A stretch of DNA of 64,000 bases. Origin: Heptranchias perlo. Taxonomy: Eukaryota. The DNA is taken from assembly GCF_035084215.1 (NCBI RefSeq), contig NW_027139442.1, positions 1,054,001-1,118,000 of the forward strand. Direction: 5' to 3'. The notes under the pieces were generated by a model. The model worked only from the letters and a program-made list of their open reading frames with translations. It searched no databases and was not told the DNA's origin. This document shows, piece after piece, positions 52,433-64,000 of the stretch. Both the position numbers and the translations under genes were made by a program. Numbering within the stretch: position 1 is the stretch's first letter; each line of letters begins with the position of its first letter.

Positions 52433-52449
52433 TTGGCGGGCATTTTGAA
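52433..52449 (+). promoter_or_regulatory. E2F/CDE-CHR element upstream of H3
   Basis: TTGGCGG-gcat-TTTGAA, with the canonical 4-nt spacer. Confidence 0.65.
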
Positions 52450-52566
52450 ATTCATGTTAAATTTCAGCTCAGCCAATTGGGGCACAATACTTCCCGCCGT
52501 TTCGGTCTGACTGACAGAGCTCGGTTCAAATGTGCCAATCACAGTCCCGGGGCGGTCCCTCCCTGA

Positions 52567-53106
<540 letters not shown>

Positions 53107-53753
53107 ACCCGACCCGGCTTCAGCACCAAGTGCAACAAAGGCTCTTTTCAGAGCCACCAAATCGGCGATGGAAAGAGCTGTGATCGCCTGGGTTGAAATC
53201 GCATGGCCTTGAGAAACTTGTTTGAATGGGAAATGCATAAAAGGGAGGGAGCAGATGTGGGACGGACAGGTACAGAATAATTCCCTCACTCACATCCAAA
53301 AAAAAATTTCACTCACATTCTTAATTCAGCAATCGCTGACACAATAATCAGCATATCAGTCAGCATCTGTTCAAATCTGGGCAAAATAACTCAGACTGAG
53401 CCAGTGTTGTCCGAGAATGAGACAGAAAATAATCATATGCGTCCCTGGTATTTCTGTCTCCCACCCGCCCAATTGACAATTCTGACGATTTTGTTATTTT
53501 TTGTCTCATTCACCAAACAATCTGCAATGATCAATCTATGGGAGATTGGCGACATCTGCTGTCCGGAAGCGAGTACTGCAACAGACCGATCTGGATCATA
53601 TGTATTGAACAAGTTATTGTTAGTTTCTCGGATCGGAATCAAGTCCCTATGAAATTGATTCATGACTCGCTTCGACAGTAACCAGCCCTTTCACCGACAC
53701 AGTGGGTGACTCTGAAAAGAGCCTTTGGGTTATCAGATCAAATCGTGTCCGCT

Positions 53754-54196
<443 letters not shown>

Positions 54197-54931
54197 TTAT
54201 ACCTTCTGGAGGACTGCAGTGGGGGCACTTGTGGTTGGTCCATGTGTTCTCAATCTCATTGAGCTGTTCGTTAAACCAATCAGAGGGTTGTTTCATTCAC
54301 CACTCAATAGCCAGCAATGAGAAAAGGGCGGAAAATACCGACCAGAACCGTTTTTTTGAAATTTGAAAAGCCCGCCAATATATTTGTAACACAAGAAGCG
54401 GATTTAGTAAATAATGTCGCGTAAAAACAAATATTTAAACATCTCATCTTTTACTCTGTTATTCCACATTTGTCGTCACAACTTCCAGAATCTGTTACAA
54501 ACCGCTTCATTCTCCGTTCCCTTTCAATCGGGCGGGAATAAAGCCTCGTTTTGTCCCGAATAATTAACAAACAAACGTGAGAAGGAGAAAGAAATGACCG
54601 AACTCGAATCCACCGCCTTGAAACAGCGCTGAAGTGTCAGACGCGGGGGAAGGGGCGGAAAATGAACTGAAATGAGAGGTTCAGGGACACGTTTTTGTTT
54701 ATTGGCTGTAAATTGAACATCGACACACAGATTATACCCAGCAGTGATTATGAGAATCTGTCCGATATCAAGAGAAATCACAAAAGGACAAGTTATAGAG
54801 AGACAGTTAGTGTCAAACTATCTACCGTAAAATGATTCCATCCAGAGGTGTCGGTACAGCGTCTTCAGAGAGACTGTGGGTGGCTCTTAAAAGAGCCTTT
54901 GTGTTCATTTTTTTCAGTACATTGTGGAGTT

Positions 54932-55306
54932 TTACTTGGAGCTGGTGTATTTGGTCACCGCCTTTGTCCCTTCCGACACGGCGTGCTTGGCCAGTTCCCC
55001 GGGCAGCAGCAGGCGAACGGCGGTCTGGATCTCCCGAGAGCTGATGGTGCGGCGTTTATTATAATGGGCCAGGCGGGAAGCCTCACCCGCGATGCGCTCG
55101 AAAATATCGTTCACAAAGGAGTTCATGATGCTCATGGCCTTTGAGGAGATGCCGGTGTCGGGGTGAACCTGCTTCATCACTTTGTAGACGTAGATGGAGT
55201 AACTCTCCTTCCTCGCCTTTCTCCGCTTCTTGCCGCCCTTGGCTGGTACTTTACTCAAGGTTTTCTTGGCGCCCTTCTTGGGAGCTGCTTTCTTGTCCTC
55301 AGGCAT
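54932..55306 (-). CDS. H2B: Histone H2B (124 aa)
   Basis: Intact [12 protein letters not shown]...YTSSK; stem-loop at 54882-54897. Confidence 0.98.
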   Translation of the reverse strand: MPEDKKAAPKKGAKKTLSKVPAKGGKKRRKARKESYSIYVYKVMKQVHPDTGISSKAMSIMNSFVNDIFERIAGEASRLAHYNKRRTISSREIQTAVRLLLPGELAKHAVSEGTKAVTKYTSSK

Positions 55307-56898
55307 TTTCAAACTCAATTTCAAACTCAGAAATGACCGAAATCCGCTCCGAGCTCGGATTAAATAGGCAACCACACAGCCCTATGCTAATGAGGGATGG
55401 GAAATATAATGATTGTGATTGGGACTGATGTCACAACATTTTTCCTTTATCGATCTGATTGGATATCTGAAGAAACCAATCAGATTTAATACCTGCCACC
55501 AATCACAAACACGCTCACACTGCACATTGTCCGGTTTGAGCAATTTGTTCCGAACTGTTGCAGTTCTGCTTCCGGCCAGTAGATGTCCCCAAACCCCGGG
55601 TCATTGAAGTTTGCAGATGAGAGAGGGACAGAAGATAAACTCATTCTTCACATTATATTGCACGAGTGGGATTTAGAAAAACTGGGAATGGAGAACATTG
55701 TATTATACAAAGCATTAGTTGTAATGCTGTATTAAATGTTTGTAATTAATTTAGGGGGTATAGCCTACACTGAGGAAAAATGCAAAAAATAAAAAAAAGA
55801 GTTTAATAAGCTTGCTGAAAGTCCGTGTCAATGGCCATTGAATTTCCATATAGAAAGGTGTGAGGTGGTGCATTTTGCTGGGGGAATAACGAGGCCACAT
55901 ACTGATTGGAAAATACGAGTCTAAATGAGGTCGAAGAGCAAAGGGATTTAGGGGTACAGTTTGACAAATCATTGAAAGTAGCAACACAGGTTGTTCAGAC
56001 CATAAAAAAGCAAACACAGCACATTCCAGAGGAATAGAATTTAAAAGCAGATAAGTTATTTTGAACTGTGATTTAAACTGTCAAACCTTCTGCCAAACTA
56101 TTAAACCATCCCTTTCTGAAATCCGTGATAACTATTCTTTATTATATTTTCGGTCTCTGGATTTTTTCTGTTGCATCAGTGATTAAATGATTCCATGATC
56201 ATTCCTACCACCGATGTTTGGTGAACTGGATTTGTTCTATCTCCTGTTTCAAAATAGAAGAATCACATTAACTGTAATCCAGTCCTCTGGCACTATTCCT
56301 TTATGTAATGATTTTTCCGATATATGTAACGGTGCCTCTGCTATCTCTTCCCTTGCTTCACTTACTATGTGCGGATGCAATCCATCTGGACCAGGAGTTC
56401 TACCACCATTTTAACATAAATGTCTTGATATCTCTATTGACCTCTTCCTTTAATATCATGTTCACCCTGTTAATCTCCCGCGTAAATACTGAGGGAAAGT
56501 AATAATTCAATATTTCTGCCATTTCGCTGACGTTACCTGTGAGTTTATCTTGTGAATCCCTGAGTGGCACTCAAGATATTCTGATTTTCCTTTTGTTATT
56601 TTTGTGTCTGTGGAATAATTTACTATTACTTTTTATATTCCTTGATAATTTGATTTCGTGGTTCCTGTTTGCTTCCCTAATTGTTTTTGTGACTTCTTCC
56701 TAACCTCTTCCTATTCGCTTTTGCCATCCCTTTATTTAATATCTATGAATGAGAAATTCCACCAGCTTGTTGTGTCTGTTCAGGGGATGATTTTTTGTAA
56801 CGATTTATTGTCTGTGATTAAACTGCCAGAAACCCAAAGGGAACAATTCAGTCCGAAATTCCACAGAAACTCTCTATTTCTCCATCCAAGTGAAATAA

Positions 56899-56966
56899 GG
56901 TGCTATAATGGTGAGTATAGCTGCCTTCCCAGCAGTTAATTCCAACAGGTTTGAATCCCAGCACGC
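56899..56966 (+). pseudogene. Degenerate tRNA-Gly relic (paralogue of 38333-38400)
   Basis: tataatggtgagtatagctgccttcccagcagtt...ggtttgaatccc. Confidence 0.65.
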
Positions 56967-57709
56967 TGAATTCAGAAACACCAAGACTGGAACCGAATTT
57001 GATGATGTTCAGAGCGATAATGTTTCCAAACGGGTCCAATTTATATAAAAAATATTTTAAAATTCATTTCTTCCACCATAACGTTGAATTTAACTGTTCC
57101 TTTGTATTATTATTTGCCCTGATCTGTACGGTGGATAAAGGACACAATTGCACGGATCTGTGAAATTAATTGATTGTCTGAAGTTTTTCCCTCTGCTGAT
57201 TCCCGTTCCTTATTTAAATTATGTCGGATTAACCTTTCTGATCTATCGAAGGATCATTGACCTGAATCGTTAACCCGAGCTTCCCTTCTCCACAGATGCT
57301 GCCGGACCTGCTGAGTCTTTCCAGCATTTTCGGTTTTAATTTTTTCTATATTTTATCCCTTTCACTTTTGACGGTCGCCGTTGAAACTTCCAGATTTGCG
57401 CTCAGTTTTTATTTGTGTTGCAGTTCGGTATATTTGAATTAATATAAATCGTGTCATAAGAAATCAGACCGAAATTTTGCGCAATGTAGAGGGAAATATA
57501 ATGTGGCAACTTTCGAACGATCAAAACAAAACTTTATTATGAATCAATTGTTTAATTTTTCACTGACAAAATATGAAAAAATACGAGAGTAGAAGTTACG
57601 GGGAGAAACTATTTCCTCACATTGCACATTGTGCTGAATCTGTAACAACGACAGATGATGTGAATTTATTCCACTCTGTTACAGTTCTTATTGATGTCCA
57701 ATAGATGTC

Positions 57710-59400
57710 AGACTGTATGAGAGTGTGGGATTAATTCTCTGTCTGTCAGTCAGTATGTGAGTGTGAGATTCATTCTGTATCCGTCAGTCTCCAGTACAGT
57801 CTGTGAGTGTGGGATTCATTCTGTATCTGTCAGTCTCCAGTACAGTCTGTGAGTGTGGGATTCATTCTGTATCTGTCATTCTCTGGTACCGTGTGTGAGT
57901 TTGGGATTCATTCTGTATCTGTCAGTCTCTGGCACTGAATGTGAGTGTGGGATTCATTCTGTATCTGTCAGTCTCTGGTACTGTCTGTGAATGTGGGATT
58001 CATTCTGTATCTGTCAATCTCTGGTACTATATGTGAGTGTGGGATTCATTCTGTATCTGTCAGTCTCTGGTTCTGTGTGTGAGTGTGGGATTCATTCTGT
58101 CTCTGTCAGTCTCTGATACTGTCTGTGAATGTGGGATTCATTCTGTATCTGTCAATCTCTGGTTCTATCTGTGAGTGTGGGTTTCATTCTGTGACTGTCA
58201 GTCTCTGGTATTTTATCTCAGTGGGGGATTCATCCTGTAACTCAGTCTATGGGAAAAGTGCAAGTCTGGATTCGTTCTGCATTCTTATTTCAGGTTGCAG
58301 TATAGTTCTTGAAACTGTTTCTTAAATTCATTAATATGTACAAATCTTTTGTCTGGCATTAATTTGTAAATATGGATACACTATTGGATTTTGTTTTCAT
58401 CTAACAACGTGTGTGAGTTTTGTTGTAGGATTATATCTTAATCTCTGAAGATAATGTACATGTCAATCTTTTGCTGTGAATTTTTTGGACTCGTATTTAA
58501 TGCGTAGCTCAGTCTGGACTAATGGAATTGATATTGTATCTTTCAGGCTGACACTGTATGAGATTTTTGACCTGGTATGTCATCTGTTGTTCTGTCTGTA
58601 CAAATGGAATTGACACTCTAACTTTCAGTCAGACACTGCAAGAGATTTTTGGACTGGTTTGTAATGTGTAGCTCAGTCTGCACTGATGGAATTCATACTG
58701 AACCTTCCAGTCTGATACTGTGTCATATATTTAGGCTGGTTTGTAAGGTGTCGTTCACTCTGCACCAATGGAATTGATACTGTATCTTTCAGTTTGACAC
58801 TTTTGGACTGGTATCTAATGTGAACCTCAGTCTGCACTAATGGGTTTGATACTGTATCTTCCAGTCTGATACCGTGTGAGGTTTTTCTACTGGTATGTTA
58901 CGTGTAGATCAGTCTGTACTAATCAAATCGATACTATATATTCCATTATGATACTGTACTTGATTTTTGGACAGGTATCTAATGTGAATCTCTGTCTGCA
59001 GTAAAGGAATTGATACTGTGCCTTTCAGTTTGACACAATGTGATTTTTGGACAGGTAACTAATGTGTACCTCAGCCTGCACTAATGGGATTGATACTGTA
59101 TCTTCCAGTACGAGACTCTATGTGAATTTTGGACTTGTATATAATGTGTAGCTCAATCCGCACTGATGGAATTGATTCTGTATCTTTCAACCTGACACTG
59201 AGATTTTTGGACTTGTATGTGACGTGTAGCTCAGTCTGCACCAATGGGATTGATACTGTATCTTTCAGTCTCATACTTTAAGATAATTTTGGACTGGTAT
59301 CTAATGTGTACCTCAGTCTGCAGTAAAGGAATTGAAATGGACATTGCATTCTGACACTATGAGGTTTTTGGACAAATATGTGAGTCAAATTTGGGTAACA
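57710..59400. repeat. Composite 46/82-bp satellite block
   Basis: Period 46 (57783 vs 57829), followed by 78-82-bp units. Confidence 0.9.
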
Positions 59401-61119
59401 TCTGAACTGGTATCTAATGTGTATCTCAGTGTACAATGTGGTCATGAATACTGCATCTTTAAACTCATAATGTGTGAGAGTTGTGGGCTGGTACTTAATT
59501 TGAATCTCGGGTACACTATTGTGATTCATTCTGTACCTATCAATCGGTCCCATGTGTCAGTTCTATCTGGGATTTAATTTGTAGCTAAGGCTGAACTAAC
59601 GTGAGATTGACACAGTGCCTTTCAATCTGATACTGGGTGTGATTTTGGACTGGGAATTATTTATCTGCCGGTCAGCGGTACTGAGTCATTGTGAAATGGA
59701 AATTCCGTCTGTCTCTCCTGCTCTGTTTGACTGTTGGATTGGGATCAGTATGCGACTGGCTATTTCTGCTGTCTGAGATTGTGGGACTGGTGACCTATCC
59801 TTGTCTCTGTGCTCTGTGAGTGTTAATGTACCTACTGTGTGTGAGAAGCAGCTGGCTGCATTGACTGCTCCACGTGCCTCGGGTGGAGTCAACATCACAT
59901 TGATTGTGGGTCCTTCAAGGATCTGCCTGCAGGAAGAAAAAATATCGCTTGTAACTTAACAACAGGTGAAGTAGAAAATACAAACGTGATCAATTGAATC
60001 TCTCTGTTAATAATCATTGTAATATCTACAAATAGAAAACCAGTGATACAAACAGTGTCAGTGTCTGACTCCACTGCAGTACTGCAGCACTCAGCTTCTG
60101 CACACCAGGTGTGTTGGGCTGTTTTACAAAAAATTAGTGACATCCAGATACAACCCAACCCCTGCACTGATCCATGGGGCGGGAACCTTTGTACAGGTCA
60201 GGTTTCTAATCCCCTCTCCCATGGGACTAACCATAAAACCGAAACAAAACAGCCACTGTTTAAAATTTGTCCTTCAAACAGCTCACCTGATGCCTGCAAT
60301 AGATGGTCTTTTTATAACTCCCCATATCCTTACTGTACGGCTCTGTTCACTGTTCAATAACAAACACTAAAGGTTAATGGGCAGATATGAAAAATCAGAT
60401 TTAATTCCTGCCACCAATCACAAACACGTTCACACTGCACATTATCCGGTTTCACCAATTTGTACCGAATTGTTGCGGTTCTGCTTCCGGCCAGTTGATG
60501 TCCCCAAACCCCGGGACATTGAAGTTTGCAGATGAGAGAGGGACAGAAGATAAACTCATTCTTCACATTATATTGCACGAGTGAGATTTAGAAAAACTAG
60601 GAATGGAGACGTGCTGCAAGTACATTTTGTTAGACCAAACACTATTTGTAATGCTGTGTTAAATTCTTCTAATCAATTTAGGGGGTATTATCTATTCTGA
60701 GGAAGACTGTGAAGCTAGGAGAACGGCCGTGTAAATGCCCATTGAATTTCAATATAGAAAGGTGCGAGGTGGTGCGTTTCACTTGGGGGAATAAGGAGGC
60801 CACATACTGCTTGGAAAAGAAGAGTCTAAATTGGGTGGAGGAGCAATGTAAATCGTGTCCTGAGAAACCAGAGAGAAATACTGTGCAATGTACAGTGAAA
60901 TATAATGCGGTAAATTCACAACTATCGAATGAGTAAAACAAAAACCTTATTATAAATCAATTGTCTTCATTTTTCACTATCATAATGTGCAAAAATGCGA
61001 GAATAATTGTTACAGACAGAGACTTTCCTCACATTGCAGATTGTCCTGTTTCTGTCACCATGACAGATGATGTGAATTTGTTCCACTCTTTTACAGTTCT
61101 CGCTTACGTCCAGTAGAGG

Positions 61120-63100
61120 TCAGTCTCTGGTACTGTGTATGAGAGTGGGGTTTCTTCTGTGTCTGTCTGTCTCTGGGACTGTGTGTGAGAATGGGGTTTA
61201 TTCTCTACCTGTCTGTCTCTGGTACTGTGCGCGAGTTTGGGATTCATTCTGTATCTATCAGTCTCCACTACTGAGTGTGAGCGTAGGGTATATTCTGCAT
61301 CTGTCAGTCGAAGGTACTACATATAAGTGATGGATTCATTCTGTATCTGTCTATCTCTAGTACCTGTCAGTCTCTGGTACTGTCTGTGAGTGTTGGATAC
61401 ATTCTGTATCTGCCATTTTCTGCTATTTTATCTCAGTGTGGGATTCATTCTGTAATTCAGTCTCTGAGACAATGTGCAAGTCTGGATTCATTCTGTATTC
61501 TTATTTCAGATTACAGTATCGGATTTGAAACTATATTTTTAATACTTTAAAATATATACAGTTCTTCGAGTATTTAATTTGTTAATATGGATACAATTAT
61601 CGGTTTTCTTTAATCAAACAACGTGTGTGAGTTTTGGAGTAATATTACATCTTAATCTCTGAACTTTATTATGAATGATAATGTACTTTTCAGTCCGTTT
61701 ATGTTGAAATTACTGGACTGGTATGTAATGTGTAGCTCAGTCTGCAATAATGGGATTAAGTCTATATCTGAGTCTAACACTGACGTTTTTGGACTGGTAT
61801 GTAATATGTAGCTCATCTTGCACTAAAGGAATTGATACTGTATCTTTAAGTCTGATATTGTATGAGATTTTTGGACTGGAATGTGATGTGCAGCTCAGTC
61901 TTCAATAATGGAAGTGATATTGAATCATTCAATCTGTTACTCTATGAGATTTTTGGACTGGTGAGTAACATATAGTTCAGTCTGTGCTGATGAATTTGAT
62001 GTTGTATATTTGAGTCTGTTACATTATGAGATTCTTGGACTGCTATATAATGTGTGGCTCAGTCTGCACTCATGGAATCGATAATCTCTCTTTCAGTCTA
62101 ATATTTTATGGGTTTTTCAGTCTGGGATGCAATGTGCAGGTCAGACAGTGCTAATAGAATTGAAGCTGTATCTTCCAGTCTGAACATTTATGAGGTTTTT
62201 GGACTAGTATGTAATGTGTAGCTCAGTCTGTACCAAAGGTATTGATAATGTATATTTCAGTATAATACTCTATGAGTATTTACCAATATATCTAATATGT
62301 AACTCAGTCTGAACTAATGGAATTGATACAGTATCTTTCAATCTGACACTATGAGATCTTTGGACAGGTATGCAATGTATAACTCAGTCTTCAGTAATGT
62401 GACTGTGACATTCATTCTGTATCTGTCAGTTTGTGGTACTGTGTGAGTGAGATTCATTCTGTTCCTGGTAATCTATGTGAGTATGGGATTCATTCTGTAT
62501 CTGTCAATTTCTTGTACTGTGTGTGAGTATGAGATTCGTTCTGTATCTGCCATCTCTGGTACTGTGTGTGAATGTGGGATTCATTCTTTATCTGTGTGTC
62601 TCTGTACTGTATCTGAGTGTGAGATTCATTCTGTATCTGTATCTAATTATTTTCTCCGATTACATTATGGTATTCAATACTGTACTTTAATATCATAATG
62701 TTTAAATAATTTTTCTCATTATTTAATTGGTAAATTTGGATAAACTTCAGGATTTGATGCTGGAGGTTTTAATCAGATAATTTGTGTGCTTTTGGACTAC
62801 TATTAAATCTATATCTCTTTGAGTAATATTGTGAATGTTAATATATCTTTCAAACTGACATGGTGACATTTTTGAATTGCTATATAATGTGTAGATCAGT
62901 CTGCACGAAATGAATTGATACTGCATTATTACATTTTATTTTATAACATTTTTGGACTGGTATGTAATGTGTATCTCAGTCTGTGCTAATAGAATTGATA
63001 CTGTATTTTTAAATCTCATACTATGAGTATATTATAAACTGGTATCTAATATGTTACTTAGGTTACACTGTCACAGCATTTCTCAATCTGATACTGTACA
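61120..63100. repeat. Composite 46/82-bp satellite block
   Basis: Paralogous to 42810-46250. Confidence 0.9.
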
Positions 63101-64000
63101 TGAGTTTTGGACTGGCAATTTGTATTCGAATGGTACACTATTCGAATGGATACTGCATGATTAAACTCACGTGTGTGTGAGTTCTGGGCTAGTATTCAAT
63201 TTGAATCTCGGGGTATCTGGTACTTAATTCATGGCTAATGTTGCCCTTTTGTGAAATTGACAATCTGAAAGCGAGACTTTGGACTGGGATTTTTGTATCT
63301 ACCTGTCAGTGGGACTGAGTTCGGGAGAAATGGAACAGTGTCTGCCTCACCTGCTCTGTTTGACTGTTGGATTGAAAATGTGTCTCTGGAAATTTGGGAT
63401 CAGTGTGGGACTGACTACTTCTGCTGACTGAGACTGTGGAACTGATGAGCTGTCTGTGTCTCCGTGCTCTGTGAGTGCTAATATACATACTGTGTGTGAG
63501 AAGGAGTTGGCAGCACTGTTCCTTTGCCTCGGGTGGACGAAATTACACATTTAATCTGGCTCCTTCAAGGGTTTGCCTGTAAAAAGAAACGTATCTCTTG
63601 TAACTCAAGAACAGGTGAGGTGGAAAATACAAAAGTGATCAGTTTAATATCTGTTAATAATTATTTTGAATATCCACAATTGAAAATCAGCGATACAAAC
63701 AGTATCAGTATCTGACTCCACTGCAATACTGCAGCACTCAGCTTCTGCAGAGCAGGTGTGTTGGGCTGTTTTATAACAATTTAGAGGCATTCAGACACAA
63801 CCCAACCACTGCACTGGTCCATGAATGGGACTACCCGATGTTCGGGTCAGGTTTCTAAACCCCTCACCCAGGGGACTAACCGTTCAACTGAAAGCAAACA
63901 GCCGTTGTTTAAAATGTGTCCTTCAACTTCTCACCTGGTGCCTGCTCTTTGAATAACTCCCCACATCCTTACTGTCCGGCTCTGTTTCCACTCTTCAATG

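Overview
Vertebrate genomic DNA, most likely a cartilaginous fish (shark), judged from the Deu-type SINE, esterase-ORF1 CR1 LINEs and the GPR139-like receptor. The left third (1-25 kb) holds a two-exon GPR139-like GPCR, an orphan CpG island, an 11-finger C2H2 zinc-finger pseudogene, hAT, L2, CR1 and Tx1 relics, and a near-intact 5-kb CR1 LINE inserted into a tRNA-Gly gene. The right two thirds (23-64 kb) are a replication-dependent histone cluster (H1, H3.2, 2x H4, H2A, 2x H2B and 2 H2A pseudogenes, with 3' stem-loops) built from direct and inverted duplications and 46/82-bp satellite arrays. Main leads: (1) a minimal hammerhead ribozyme in a Penelope-like element, plus a separate TSD-flanked 56-nt insertion that starts exactly at the predicted self-cleavage site; (2) a U-UUA-AAC -1 slippery heptamer at the CR1 ORF1/ORF2 junction, where ORF2 has no AUG before its endonuclease; (3) an unrecognised CpG-island-promoted spliced module repeated through the histone spacers; (4) E2F/CDE-CHR pairs upstream of H2A, H3 and H4. 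Everything was read by eye with no database searches, and repeat boundaries are approximate.
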